From Alphaproteobacteria bacterium (GTDB lineage: Bacteria; Pseudomonadota; Alphaproteobacteria; Bin95), in contig CBDBGH010000003.1 in assembly GCA_965205265.1 (NCBI GenBank), forward strand, positions 2,560,001-2,624,000: a stretch of DNA of 64,000 nt, given 5' to 3'. Position 1 is the first letter of the stretch. Every line of letters starts with the position of its first letter. The notes beneath the pieces are model-generated. The model had not been told where the DNA came from. It worked only from the letters and a program-made list of their open reading frames with translations, and did not search any database. A program made the position numbers and the translations under genes. Of this stretch, positions 50,425-60,726 are shown in pieces.

Positions 50425-51408
50425 ATGACCCTCAATGCCGAGCTCAGCCGCAGGATCTACACGGACATGTGGCGAATCCGCCTCTTCGAGGAAGAAGCGC
50501 TGCGCCAGACCAGCCTCGGCTCCGTCAAGGGCACGCTCCACACCTATTGCGGCGAGGAGGCCATCGCGGTCGCGGTCTGCGCGCATCTGCGCGACGACGA
50601 CTATGTACTGGGAACCCACCGCAGCCACGGGCACTGCCTCGCCAAGGGCGCGCCGATGGACCGCATGATGGCGGAGCTGTTCGGGCGCGCGACCGGGAGC
50701 TGCCGCGCCAAGGGCGGTTCCATGCACATCGCCGACTTCTCGCGCAACATACTGGGCGCGAACGGTATCGTCGCCGGCGGCATCGGCCCCGGCACCGGCA
50801 CGGCGCTTGCGAGCAAAATCCGCAAGAGCGACCAGGTGTCGGTCGTCTTCTTCGGCGACGGGGCGGCGGCGCGCGGGCCCTTCCATGAGGGCCTCCTGTT
50901 CGGCTCGCTCTGGAAGCTGCCGGTCATCTATGTCTGCGAGAACAACGGTTACCAGCAATGGGTGCCCCGGAAGAATGTGGCGGTGGTGGACTCGGTGGCC
51001 GACATGGCGGCCTCCTACGCCATCCCCGGCGTCTCGGTGGACGGGCAGAACCTGGAGGCGGTCTATGAGGCCGCCGGCGAGGCCGTCGCCCGCGCCCGCA
51101 ATGGCGAGGGCCCGACCTTGATCGAGGCCCGCACATACCGTTTTTACGGCCACAGCCTGGGCGACATGGAGGAATACCGCTCGCGCGAGGAAGTCGATGA
51201 CTGGCGCGAGAACCGCGACCCGATCAAGCTGTTCAGCGCGTGGATGAAGGAGCGCCAGTGGCTGGGCGACGATGAGGACGAGGCCATCCAGGGCGAGGTT
51301 GCGGCGGAGGTCTCGCGGTCCGTGGCGTATGCCGAGGAAAGCCCGTTGCCGGAGCCGGAGGACGTGCTGACCGACGTGCTGGATACGGAATGGAGGGTTT
51401 CGGCATGA
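50425..51408 (+). CDS. TPP-dependent dehydrogenase E1 alpha (AcoA/PdhA-like)
   Basis: THRSHGH, KGGSMH, FFGDGA...CENN, TYRFYGHS. Confidence 0.95.
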   Translation: MTLNAELSRRIYTDMWRIRLFEEEALRQTSLGSVKGTLHTYCGEEAIAVAVCAHLRDDDYVLGTHRSHGHCLAKGAPMDRMMAELFGRATGSCRAKGGSMHIADFSRNILGANGIVAGGIGPGTGTALASKIRKSDQVSVVFFGDGAAARGPFHEGLLFGSLWKLPVIYVCENNGYQQWVPRKNVAVVDSVADMAASYAIPGVSVDGQNLEAVYEAAGEAVARARNGEGPTLIEARTYRFYGHSLGDMEEYRSREEVDDWRENRDPIKLFSAWMKERQWLGDDEDEAIQGEVAAEVSRSVAYAEESPLPEPEDVLTDVLDTEWRVSA

Positions 51409-52376
51409 GGACCATCGCGCTCCGCGATGCGCTCCGGGAAGCGCTGCATGAGGAAATGGCCCGCGACGAGAGCGTCTTCGTCATCGGCGAGGACGTGATC
51501 GCCCATGGCGGCCCCTATACCGTCACCCAGGGCATTGTGGACAAGTGGCCGGACCGCATTTTCGAGACGCCGATTGCGGAGGCGGGCATTGTCGGCCTCG
51601 GCGTGGGCGCGGCGCTGGCCGGCATGCGCCCGGTGGTCGAGATCATGTATGTCGATTTCATCACCTGCGCGATGGACGAGGTCGTCAACCAGGCCGCCAA
51701 GATGCGCTACATGACCGGCGGCCAGGCGAGCGTGCCCATCGTCATCCGCCTGCCCTGCGGCCCCGCCCGGCTGGTCGCGGCCCAGCATTCGCAGATCATG
51801 GAATCCTGGTTCATGCATGTGCCGGGCCTCCAGGTGGCGGCGCCGAGCACGCCCTATGACGCAAAGGGCCTGATGAAGACCGCGATCCGCAGCCCCGACC
51901 CCGTGGCGTTCTTCGAATACAAGGCGCTCTATGTGAGCGAGGGCGAGGTGCCGGAAGACGACTATGTCATCCCCTTCGGCAAGGCCGACATCAAGCGCGA
52001 GGGCGAGGACGCGACCGTGGTCGCCATCGGCGGCATGGTGCCGCGCGCGCTGGAGGCCGGCATTGCGCTCGAGGACGAGGGCTACGACATCGAGGTGGTG
52101 GACCCGAGGACGCTCGCCCCGCTCGACATGGAGACGATCCGCGAGTCCGTGCGCCGCACGGGCCGCGCCGTGGTTTGCGAGATGGATTCCTCCTTCGCCG
52201 GCACCGGCGCGGAGATCGCGGCTGCGCTCGCCGAGCAGTGCTTTCACGACCTGCGCGCGCCCATTGTGCGGGTCGGCAGCCCGCATGTGCCGATGCCCTT
52301 CGCCGAGGAGCTGGTCAACGTCACGGTTCCCGATGCCGGGGACGTCTCGGATGCCGTGCGCAGGGTCATGGCCTGA
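51405..52376 (+). CDS. E1 beta subunit
   Basis: GEDV, TPIAE, GMRPVVEIM, QHSQ, EVVDPRTL. Confidence 0.95.
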   Translation: MRTIALRDALREALHEEMARDESVFVIGEDVIAHGGPYTVTQGIVDKWPDRIFETPIAEAGIVGLGVGAALAGMRPVVEIMYVDFITCAMDEVVNQAAKMRYMTGGQASVPIVIRLPCGPARLVAAQHSQIMESWFMHVPGLQVAAPSTPYDAKGLMKTAIRSPDPVAFFEYKALYVSEGEVPEDDYVIPFGKADIKREGEDATVVAIGGMVPRALEAGIALEDEGYDIEVVDPRTLAPLDMETIRESVRRTGRAVVCEMDSSFAGTGAEIAAALAEQCFHDLRAPIVRVGSPHVPMPFAEELVNVTVPDAGDVSDAVRRVMA

Positions 52377-53545
52377 TGGCGGTCCGCCTCAGGCTCGCCG
52401 CGCTCGGCCACACCATGGAGCGCGGCAGGATCGTGGAATGGTATGCGGCGGAAGGCGCGCCGGTCGAACAGGGCGCGCCGCTCTACTCCGTCGAGACCGA
52501 CAAGGCGACCGTCGATGTCGAGGCGCCGGCCGGCGGCGTGCTGTTGCGCATCGACGCGGAGGCGGACCGGGAATATCCGGTGGGCGCAACGCTCGCCTGG
52601 ATCGGCGAGAGCGGCGAGGACCTGCCGGACAGGACGGACGAGACCGCGGCCGCGCCGGCGGCCGTGTCGGACGAACAGCGCGTCACGCCCGTCGCCCGGC
52701 GCCTCGCGGAACGCCATGGCGTGGACGCCGACCGGCTGGAAGGCACCGGCCCCGGCGGGCGCGTCACCAAGGAGGACGTGCAGCGCGCCGTCGCCTCGGG
52801 CACGGCCCCGCCGCTGGAAGAGAAGCCGTCGGGCGAGCCCGCGCATGACGTGATTGCGCTGGAAGGCATCCGCCGGGTCACGGCCGAGCGCCTCAGCGCG
52901 CACTGGACCGGCACGCCGCAGGTGACCGAGGGCCTCGATATCGACATGACCGCCATGCGCGCCTTCCGCAACGCCAACCGCAGCGAATGGCGCGCGGCCT
53001 ACGGCATCGTGCCGGCGCTGAACGACATCGTGCTCAAGGCCGCCGCGGCTGCGCTGGAAGCCAACCCGGCGCTCAACGCAGCCTTCGTGGACGGGGCGAT
53101 CCATCGCTACCGGGAGATCAATCTCGGCATGGCCGTGGATGTCGAGGACGGGCTCGTCGTGCCTGTGCTGCGCGATGCCGGCAGGCTCGACCTCGGCGGC
53201 ATCGCCTATGCCGCCGCCGACCTGACCGCCCGCGCGCGGTCCCGCAAGCTCGCGCCTGCGGATTTCGAGGGCGCCACCTTCACGGTCACAAATCTGGCCG
53301 CGCTCGGCGTGGACTGGTTCACGCCGGTGCTCAACCCGCCGCAATGCGCCATCCTCGGCGTCGGCCGGATGCGGCGCATGCCGGCCGTCGCCGGCAACGA
53401 GGTCGCGATCCGCGACATCGCCACCTTCGTCGTCACCTTCGACCACCGGGCCCTCGACGGCGCCCCGGCCGGGCGTTTCCTCTCCAGGCTGAAGCGCCTG
53501 CTCGAATCGCCCGACCCGGCGCTGTTCGCGGGCGCGGGCGGGTAG
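52376..53545 (+). CDS. Dihydrolipoamide acyltransferase E2
   Basis: Lipoyl VETDKA, E3-binding GTGPGGRVTKEDV, catalytic DHRALDG. Confidence 0.95.
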   Translation: MAVRLRLAALGHTMERGRIVEWYAAEGAPVEQGAPLYSVETDKATVDVEAPAGGVLLRIDAEADREYPVGATLAWIGESGEDLPDRTDETAAAPAAVSDEQRVTPVARRLAERHGVDADRLEGTGPGGRVTKEDVQRAVASGTAPPLEEKPSGEPAHDVIALEGIRRVTAERLSAHWTGTPQVTEGLDIDMTAMRAFRNANRSEWRAAYGIVPALNDIVLKAAAAALEANPALNAAFVDGAIHRYREINLGMAVDVEDGLVVPVLRDAGRLDLGGIAYAAADLTARARSRKLAPADFEGATFTVTNLAALGVDWFTPVLNPPQCAILGVGRMRRMPAVAGNEVAIRDIATFVVTFDHRALDGAPAGRFLSRLKRLLESPDPALFAGAGG

Positions 53546-53569
53546 GCCGGCCGGGCCTCGCGCTGAGCC

Positions 53570-54601
53570 ATGCGGACCACGCAGCTGATCCATGTCGTCG
53601 GCTGCCATGCCGAGGGCGAGGTGGGGGATGTGATCGTGGGCGGGGTCGCGCCGCCGCCGGGAGCGACGCTCTGGGAGCAGAGCCGCTTCATCGCCGGGGA
53701 CGGCCGGCTGCGCGATGTGGTGCTGAACGAGCCGCGCGGCGGCGTCTTCCGCCATGTCAACCTGCTCGTGCCGCCGAAGGACCCGGCCGCGGCGATGGGC
53801 TTCATCATCATGGAGCCGGAGGACACCCCGCCTATGTCCGGCTCCAACGCGATGTGCGTCGCGACCGTTCTGCTGGAGACCGGCATCGTGGCGATGGAGG
53901 AGCCGGAAACCCGTTTCCTGCTGGAGGCGCCGGGCGGCCCGGTCGAGGTCATCGCCGCCTGCCGGGACGGCAAGGCCGAGCGGGTGCGCATCCGCAATGT
54001 CCCCTCCTTCGCCGACCGGCTCGACGCGCCGCTCGAGGTCGAGGGCATGGGCACGCTGCGGGCCGATACCGCCTATGGCGGCGACAGCTACGCCATCGTG
54101 GACGCGGCCGCGCTCGGCTTCTCGCTCCGCCCCGACGAGGCGCGCGACCTCGCCGTCGCCGGCATGCGCATCGTCAGCGCCGCGAACGAGCAGATCGGCT
54201 TCCGCCATCCCGAGCAGGCGGACTGGGCGCATCTCTCCTTCTGCCAGTTCGCCGCCCCGCTCGAATATCGCGGCGGCGTCCCTCACGGCCGCAATGCGGT
54301 CGCCATCCGCCCCGGCAAGATCGACCGCTCGCCCTGCGGCACCGGCTGCTCGGCCCGGCTGGCCGTGCTGCACGCGAAGGGCGTTCTCCGCGTGGGCGAC
54401 AGCTTTGTGGGCGTCTCGCCGATCGACTCCCGCTTCGACTGCCGGATCGAGGGCGAGACCGCGGTGGGCGGCCGCCCGGCCATCCTGCCCTCGCTCGCCG
54501 GGCGGGCCTGGATCACCGGCACGCGCCAGGTCATGGTCGATCCCGACGACCCCTGGCCGCGCGGCTACCGCCTCGCCGACACCTGGCCCGACGACCGCTG
54601 A
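53570..54601 (+). CDS. Proline racemase/hydroxyproline epimerase-dehydratase family protein
   Basis: [25 protein letters not shown]. Confidence 0.93.
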   Translation: MRTTQLIHVVGCHAEGEVGDVIVGGVAPPPGATLWEQSRFIAGDGRLRDVVLNEPRGGVFRHVNLLVPPKDPAAAMGFIIMEPEDTPPMSGSNAMCVATVLLETGIVAMEEPETRFLLEAPGGPVEVIAACRDGKAERVRIRNVPSFADRLDAPLEVEGMGTLRADTAYGGDSYAIVDAAALGFSLRPDEARDLAVAGMRIVSAANEQIGFRHPEQADWAHLSFCQFAAPLEYRGGVPHGRNAVAIRPGKIDRSPCGTGCSARLAVLHAKGVLRVGDSFVGVSPIDSRFDCRIEGETAVGGRPAILPSLAGRAWITGTRQVMVDPDDPWPRGYRLADTWPDDR

Positions 54602-54647
54602 ACAGGGCGGCAGGCCCGCGATCCCGCCGCACCGCGCCTTCCCGGCC

Positions 54648-54710
54648 GATGTCATGAGATGTCATGAGGCGCCGTGAGCCTTCCCCGCGATGTGTCATGA
54701 AATGTCATGA
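54648..54710 (-). repeat. Two pairs of 10-bp TCATGACAT-type repeats (3' end of cassette B)
   Basis: gatgtcatga-gatgtcatga and tgtgtcatga-aatgtcatga; reverse complements of the 43946 units. Confidence 0.88.
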
Positions 54711-54832
54711 TCTGCATGCCCGGAGTTCATATGCCGTAGCCGTTTCAGGCATGAAGCCGTCCACGCATTGACCTCCTTCCCGGCCTGTGGGCGAAGCCCG
54801 GCAAAGGCCCGTCGCGCTGAAAGACGGCCTCC

Positions 54833-54991
54833 CGTCCCCCTGCCCTCGCGAAAGCGGGGGCACCCCGGTTCCCCTTCAGCGTCACCCCGGCCGGAACGGA
54901 GCGAAGCGGAGTGGAGAGCCGGGGTCTCCCTGCGGCGTCGCCCCTGCCGCGGGAGGTCCCGGATCGGCGCTGACGCGCCGTCCGGGACGAC
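54833..54991. repeat. REP/BIME-like palindromic cluster
   Basis: Hairpins CCCTCGCGAAAGCGGGGG, GTCACCCCGGC...GAGCGAAGCG...GCCGGGG and GTCCCGGATCGGCGCTGACGCGCCGTCCGGGAC. Confidence 0.75.
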
Positions 54992-55083
54992 GGCAAAAGC
55001 TCATGGGTTCTTGCATGTAGCCGCTGGTATAAGGCAAGCAGGATGGAGACGATCCCCGCCGCAAGCGGGAGGGCGGGCATGCT

Positions 55084-55680
55084 CTACCATCCACCGGCGC
55101 TCCCGCCCGCAGCGGCGGCCTCCCTTGCGGCGAGTTCTGCGGCCTCGCGGCGTTCCTGGCGGGCGAGCCAGTCGTAGAACGCGGGCGTGGTCAGCTTGCC
55201 CACATACTGGCGCTCGCCGAAGTTGTAGTAGTCCTCGCTGCCGTCGTAACTGTCCTCGTCGGGCACCAGCGGCCCGAAGCGGCGCTCCTGCTCCGCATGC
55301 CACGCCCGGAACTCCGGCGTCTGCTGGCTGCCGACATAGACCTCGTCGAAATAGTGGTATTCGTCCTCGCTGCCGTCATAGCCGGTCTCGGGCTCCGGCT
55401 CCGGAACCCAGTCGTCGAGGTCCTCCGCCGGTTCCCCGATGACTGCCGGCTCCGGCTCGGGCATGCGGGCGGCGGCCCAGTCGAGGAGGTTGAGGATCTG
55501 GCGCAGATGGGAGAGCGCGGCGCGCCCGGCGCGGTGACGGTCGGCCAGGGCGCGGTCGTCCTCCGGCGGCGGCGCTGCGTTCATGTCCTGGGCATAAGCT
55601 TCGGCAAGGGCTGCGGCGGCGGGCGCCAGCTTTTCGGCCAGCATCGCCGCCAGTGCGGGGCGGGGGTCGGTTGCGGTCAT
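55084..55680 (-). CDS. Orphan protein (198 aa): helical N-terminus plus two ~43-aa acidic/aromatic tandem repeats
   Basis: GGAGGAGG RBS; repeats YDGSEDEYHYFDEVYVGSQQTPEFRAWHAEQERR and YDGSEDYYNFGERQYVGKLTTPAFYDWLARQERR. Confidence 0.75.
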   Translation of the reverse strand: MTATDPRPALAAMLAEKLAPAAAALAEAYAQDMNAAPPPEDDRALADRHRAGRAALSHLRQILNLLDWAAARMPEPEPAVIGEPAEDLDDWVPEPEPETGYDGSEDEYHYFDEVYVGSQQTPEFRAWHAEQERRFGPLVPDEDSYDGSEDYYNFGERQYVGKLTTPAFYDWLARQERREAAELAAREAAAAGGSAGGW

Positions 55681-55718
55681 CGTCTCTCCTCCTCCGACGG
55701 GAAGCGGGTCCCTGTTTC

Positions 55719-55830
55719 GCGCGTCTCCCGCGCGGGCGCCTGTGCCGGCGCGGGCGGGCGTTACGCGGCGGCGCGGTTCGCGCGCCTGATTGCGCGCGCG
55801 AGGCGGCGGGCGCACGTCTCCCGTCGGCTT
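55719..55830 (-). repeat. Conserved GC-rich leader, copy B
   Basis: Reverse-complement homologue of 43335-43457. Confidence 0.9.
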
Positions 55831-55911
55831 CCCAGGGGTTTTCAGAAAGTGGCGCCGCTCGGCCGCGCAGCACCCGGGGAGGCGGCTCCGGAGTCCGCTT
55901 CCCTGGGGGCC

Positions 55912-55938
55912 ATCATACCATAATCCGCCAGATGTCAA
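55912..55938 (-). promoter_or_regulatory. Extended -10 sigma70 promoter of cassette B
   Basis: TTGACA-N15-TATGAT with TGn extension and an AT-rich upstream tract. Confidence 0.65.
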
Positions 55939-56006
55939 GCCCATACAGGGAACATAATTCAAAAATATCGGAAATTGTTCATATTATCGAAGGCAGGAAA
56001 GGGCAG

Positions 56007-56624
56007 TTATTGCGGACCCGCCTCCCGGCCGAGCAGAAGCCGGAGGCCGAGGCCGCCGAGGATGAGGGCGGCGGCGCGGTCGATATGGCGCTTCGCCCGC
56101 AAGTAGCGTTTTGCGACCGCCTGCGTGCTCATGCAGAAGGCGAGCGTCGAATAGAAGGCGACCTCCACCAGGAAATGATTGGCGACAACCAATGCACTCT
56201 GTGCCGCATCGAGCCCGGCGGGAAACACGGTGACCAGAACCGCCGCCGCGAAGAGCACCGACTTGGGATTGAGCAGGTTCACCAGGAAGCCCTGCCGGAA
56301 GGCGCGCGCCGCCGCCGGCGCTCGCGCCTCCACGGGCGTGGACGAGTTCCGCCACATCCTCCAGGCGAGCCAGACGAGATAGGCCGCGCCCGCGATCTTC
56401 GCCGCCGTGTGGACCGCCGGGAACAGCCGGAAGACGGCGCCGAGGCCGAGCAGCGCCATCCCCGTCCAGGCAGCCGCCATGCAGCCGAGGCCCGCGCCCA
56501 CCGCGATCCCCGCCCTTCTGCCGGCGCTGAGCGAGGTCTGCACGGCCATCAGCAGCGCCGGCCCGGGACTCGCAATCGCGGCCGCCAGCACGAGGTTGAA
56601 GGCAAGAAGCTGTTCGAGCGTCAT
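56007..56624 (-). CDS. LysE/RhtB family translocator
   Basis: SPGPA, GAAYLVWLA, GFLVNLLNPK. Confidence 0.95.
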   Translation of the reverse strand: MTLEQLLAFNLVLAAAIASPGPALLMAVQTSLSAGRRAGIAVGAGLGCMAAAWTGMALLGLGAVFRLFPAVHTAAKIAGAAYLVWLAWRMWRNSSTPVEARAPAAARAFRQGFLVNLLNPKSVLFAAAVLVTVFPAGLDAAQSALVVANHFLVEVAFYSTLAFCMSTQAVAKRYLRAKRHIDRAAALILGGLGLRLLLGREAGPQ

Positions 56625-57127
56625 GCGTCTTCCTCTTGCCGGCCCCGCTGCGCCGTACTCATCCAGCGGCTCATGACCGTGCGCTTCTCGACGCCGTAGC
56701 CGAGGGTTTCGTAGAACCGGCGCACCGCCTCGTTTTCCTCGCGGATCATCAGCATGACCTTGGGCGCGCCGGCTCTGGCGAGCCAGGCTTCGGCATGGCG
56801 CATCAGCGCCGCGCCCAGGCCTTGCGAACGGTGCTGCGGCGCGACAGCGACATAATAGACCCAGCCCCGATGGCCCTCATATCCGGCCATGACGCTGCCC
56901 GCGACGCCGCCTTCGGCGGCGACGGCGACGAGAATCTCCGAGGAAGCGTTGGCGCGCGCCCGGGCAATGTCGCGGAACGGGTCGTTCCAGGGCCGCACCA
57001 GCCCGCATGTCCGCCAGAGCGCCGCGACCGCTTCCTCCTCCCCGTCCCGGACCGGCCGGATCGCGAACCCGCCCCGGCCCCGTTCTACCCCGCCACCCTG
57101 CATCCCGCCCTCGCCTGCAAGCGTCAT
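56621..57127 (-). CDS. GNAT acetyltransferase
   Basis: VMAGYEGHRGWVYYVAV.P.HRSQGLG, N..VRRFYETLGY. Start uncertain. Confidence 0.92.
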   Translation of the reverse strand: MTLAGEGGMQGGGVERGRGGFAIRPVRDGEEEAVAALWRTCGLVRPWNDPFRDIARARANASSEILVAVAAEGGVAGSVMAGYEGHRGWVYYVAVAPQHRSQGLGAALMRHAEAWLARAGAPKVMLMIREENEAVRRFYETLGYGVEKRTVMSRWMSTAQRGRQEEDA

Positions 57128-57221
57128 GGCTCAATAGTAGGCCACAGATTGCGCTCTGGCGCGGGCGCAGCGTTCGGGGCATCATCCGGGCGTTCCCCAT
57201 CGTTCACCGGAGGTCGGTCCC

Positions 57222-58439
57222 ATGGCTCGGCGCGGCATGAGTTTCGGCGTCTTCCTCGCTCCCTTCCACGCGCTCGGCGAAAACCCGACCGTCGCCATGA
57301 GCCGCGACATGGAGCTGATCGAGTGGCTCGACCATCTGGGCTATGACGAGGCCTGGATCGGCGAGCACCACTCCGCCGGCTGGGAGATCATCGCCGCCCC
57401 GGAGATCTTCATCGGCGCGGCGCTGGAGCGCACGAAGCACATAAAGCTCGGCTCGGGCGTCACCTCCCTTCCCTACCACCACCCGATGCTGGTGGCGCAA
57501 CGCTTCGTGCAGCTCGACCATATGAGCCGGGGGCGGACCATGCTCGGCTGCGGGCCGGGCGCACTGGTGACCGACGCCTACATGATGGGCATCAAGCCGA
57601 CCGACCAGCGCCGGCGGATGATCGAGTCCCTCGACGCCATCGTGGCGCTGCTGGAATGCGGCGAGCCGGTGACGATGGAGACCGACTGGTTCACGCTCCG
57701 CGAAGCGCGGCTGCATCTGGCGCCCTGGACCGAGGGGCGCTTCCCGATCGCGGTCGCCTCCACCATCACCCCCTTCGGCATGATGGCCGCCGGGCGCCAC
57801 GGCATCGGCGTGCTGTCCATCGGGGCCGGCATTCCGGGCGGGCCGGAAATGCTGGCGAAGCAGTGGCGGATCGCCGAGGAGGAGGCCGAGAAGCACGGCA
57901 AGACCATGGACCGCAGGGACTGGCGCGTGGTCGTCAACATGCATCTGGCGGAGGACGACGAGGAGGCGCTCCGCCAGGTCCACGCCGGCGAACGGCTTGA
58001 AACCGTGACCTATTTCGAGGAGACGCTCGGCCGTCCGCCCGGCCGCGCCGACAACCCTGTCCGCGAAGGCGTGAAGATGGGCACGACCCTGATCGGCTCG
58101 CCGGAGACCGCCATCAGGGGCATCGAATATCTGCTGGAGCTCTCCAAGGGCGGCTTCGGCGGCATCCTCTTCCGCGCGAACGAGTGGGCGAACCGCGAGG
58201 ACACGATGAAGAGCTACGAGCTGTTCGCCCGCTATGTGGCGCCCCGCTTCCAGGGCTCGATGGACACGCTCCACGGCTCCAACGCCTTCGTGCGCGAGAA
58301 CCGGCTGCGCGTGCTGGAGGGCAATGTCGAGGCGGTCAGGCGCGCCTTTACTGACACCGGCCGCGAAGTCCCCGCCGGCTTCGAGGACCGCACGCTCGGC
58401 GCCGGCGATCTGCCGAAGGACGAAGACGCGGCGGAATAG
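57222..58439 (+). CDS. LLM flavin-dependent monooxygenase (limonene monooxygenase-like)
   Basis: FGVFLAPFH, EAWIGEHHSAGWE, SLPYHHP, GPGAL. Confidence 0.92.
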   Translation: MARRGMSFGVFLAPFHALGENPTVAMSRDMELIEWLDHLGYDEAWIGEHHSAGWEIIAAPEIFIGAALERTKHIKLGSGVTSLPYHHPMLVAQRFVQLDHMSRGRTMLGCGPGALVTDAYMMGIKPTDQRRRMIESLDAIVALLECGEPVTMETDWFTLREARLHLAPWTEGRFPIAVASTITPFGMMAAGRHGIGVLSIGAGIPGGPEMLAKQWRIAEEEAEKHGKTMDRRDWRVVVNMHLAEDDEEALRQVHAGERLETVTYFEETLGRPPGRADNPVREGVKMGTTLIGSPETAIRGIEYLLELSKGGFGGILFRANEWANREDTMKSYELFARYVAPRFQGSMDTLHGSNAFVRENRLRVLEGNVEAVRRAFTDTGREVPAGFEDRTLGAGDLPKDEDAAE

Positions 58440-58489
58440 CGGGGCAGAAGCCGCGCTCTTCCTGGCCGCAGACGACAGAGACACGGTAC

Positions 58490-59284
58490 ATGCCCCTGGC
58501 GCAGATCGACGGCGGCGACATCCGCTATGAGGAACGCGGCGGCGGGCCGCCGCTGGCGATGCTGCTGCCGCAGAGCGGCGGGCCGGTCGGCGTCGGCCCG
58601 TTCCTCGAGCGGCTGGCGGCGCGCTTCCGGGTCATCCGCTACGACCAGCGCGGCACCGGCCGGAGCGCGCCCGCGCCTGCGCCCGATGGCATGAGCATGG
58701 CGGGCCGCGCGGGGGAACTGGAAGGGCTGTTCGACGCGCTCGGGATCGACCGGGCGCACCTGTTCTGCCACTCCACCGGCTGCGGTATCGGCCTGGCGTT
58801 TGCCGCCGCCCGCCCGGACCGGGTGGCGGGTCTGGCGCTGGCCAATCCGTGGAGCCACGGCGACGCGCATCTGGCAACGATGCAACGCCTGCGCGTGGCG
58901 GCCGCGCGGGCGCTCGACCCGTACCGCTACGCCTGGTTCAATGCGAGCCTGCTGTTCCCGCCCGACTACCGGCGCGCGCATGCCCAGGCGTTCGAGCGGA
59001 TGGCGAGGAACGCGTCCCCGCAGGACGCCGAGGGGATCGAGGCCCGGCTGGAAGCGATCCTGGCGTTCGACGCCCGCCCGCTCGCGCCGGGCCTCTCCTG
59101 CCCCGCCCTGATAGCCACCGCGGCCGACGACCAGCTGATGCCGCCCTGGTTCGGCGCGCAGCTGGCGGCCCTCATTCCCGGCGCGGTCCATCTGGCGCTG
59201 GACGGGGGCGGCCACATGCTGCCGGAAACGCGCGCCGACGCGCTGGCCGGCGCGGTGCTCGATTTCCTGGGTCCGGCCGCCTGA
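58490..59284 (+). CDS. Alpha/beta hydrolase (RutD-like)
   Basis: YDQRGTGRS, CHSTG nucleophile elbow, DD, GGH. Confidence 0.88.
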   Translation: MPLAQIDGGDIRYEERGGGPPLAMLLPQSGGPVGVGPFLERLAARFRVIRYDQRGTGRSAPAPAPDGMSMAGRAGELEGLFDALGIDRAHLFCHSTGCGIGLAFAAARPDRVAGLALANPWSHGDAHLATMQRLRVAAARALDPYRYAWFNASLLFPPDYRRAHAQAFERMARNASPQDAEGIEARLEAILAFDARPLAPGLSCPALIATAADDQLMPPWFGAQLAALIPGAVHLALDGGGHMLPETRADALAGAVLDFLGPAA

Positions 59285-59308
59285 GCCCTCCGGAAGCGCC
59301 GGTCCCGC

Positions 59309-60694
59309 TCAGAACGCCGCCAGTTCCTCCCCGAGGCGGGTGAGGACGGAGTCGAGGCGGTCCACGGCCTCGTCGATCTCGTCCCGGTCGATGCAGAGCG
59401 GCGGGGCGACCGGGATGACATGGCCCGCGCGGCCGAGCATCCGGTGCCCGCGCATGAGCCGGACGGCGCGCCTGTCCAACTCCGCCTCCTTCGGGAACGG
59501 CTCGCGCGTCTCGCGGTCCTTCACAAGCTCCACGGCCGAGAGCAGCCCCATGCCGCCGCGCACATCGCCCACGATTTCGTGCTTGCGGAGGTTCTGCAGG
59601 CGCGCGAACAGGTAGTCGCCCATCTCGCGCGAGCGCGCCGCCATGTCCTCGCCCTCCATGATGTCGAGATTGGCGAGCGCCGCAGCGCAGGAGGCCGGAT
59701 TGCCCCCGAAGGTAATGAGATGCTGGAACACATTGTCCTCGCCGGAGAAGGCGTCCGCGACCTTGCCCGTCGCGACGGCCGCGCCGATGGGCAGGTAGCC
59801 GCTGGTGAGCGCCTTGGCCACGGTGAAGATGTCGGGCTTCACCCCCCAATGCTCCATCGCGAACATGCGGCCCGTCCGGCAGAAGCCGGTGATGACCTCG
59901 TCGGCGATCAGCAGCACGCCGTAGCGGTCGCAGATCTCGCGCAGCTGCGGCCAGTAGTCCGGGTCGGGCACGTGGATGCCCGCCGCCGCCGAGACCGGCT
60001 CGGCGATGACGGCCGCCACCGTCGCCGGGCCCTCATGCAGGATCGCGCGCTCCACGTCGCGGGCGCATTCCAGGCTGCACGGCCCCGCCTCCGCGCACAG
60101 GTGGCAGCGATAGGCCCCCGGCTGGGCGACATGGATATTGCCCGGCACGAGCGGGCCGAAATGCATCGGCACGCTGCCGCCGCCCGGCCCGCCGCGCCCA
60201 AGGCTGGTGCAGGCCAGCGTGGCGCCGTGATAGGAGCCGCGCCGGGAGAGCACCTTCCAGCGCGTCGGCTCGCCGTTCAGGTGGTGGTAGTTCTTGGCAA
60301 GCTTGAGCGCGGTTTCGTTCGCCTCCGAGCCGCCGGACACGAAATAGACCCGCGCCGCCTCATCCTGGCTGAGCCGCGCGAGCCTGCCGGAAAGTGCGGC
60401 CGTCGCCGGGCTCACCGTGTCGCCCGGCGAGAAGGCGAGCTCCAGCATCTGGCGATAGACCGCATCCGCAATCTCCTGGCGCCCGTGGCCGATATTCACC
60501 AGCCAGAGGCCGGACATGGTGTCGAACCAGCGCTCGCCCTCGCCATCGATCACCCACACCCCCTTGCCGCGGGTGACAAGTTGCAGGCCCGTGGCGCCCG
60601 AAACGGTCCCCGCCGGGCGGGAATGCGGCCAGAAATGCGCCTCGGCATCGGCGCGCGCGCGTTCGAGATCCGGGGCGTTGGCGAAGTCGGGCAT
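59309..60694 (-). CDS. Class III PLP aminotransferase
   Basis: [35 protein letters not shown]. Confidence 0.95.
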   Translation of the reverse strand: MPDFANAPDLERARADAEAHFWPHSRPAGTVSGATGLQLVTRGKGVWVIDGEGERWFDTMSGLWLVNIGHGRQEIADAVYRQMLELAFSPGDTVSPATAALSGRLARLSQDEAARVYFVSGGSEANETALKLAKNYHHLNGEPTRWKVLSRRGSYHGATLACTSLGRGGPGGGSVPMHFGPLVPGNIHVAQPGAYRCHLCAEAGPCSLECARDVERAILHEGPATVAAVIAEPVSAAAGIHVPDPDYWPQLREICDRYGVLLIADEVITGFCRTGRMFAMEHWGVKPDIFTVAKALTSGYLPIGAAVATGKVADAFSGEDNVFQHLITFGGNPASCAAALANLDIMEGEDMAARSREMGDYLFARLQNLRKHEIVGDVRGGMGLLSAVELVKDRETREPFPKEAELDRRAVRLMRGHRMLGRAGHVIPVAPPLCIDRDEIDEAVDRLDSVLTRLGEELAAF

Positions 60695-60726
60695 GAACCG
60701 GGTCTCCCTCCTGTCGGCGCCGGACC

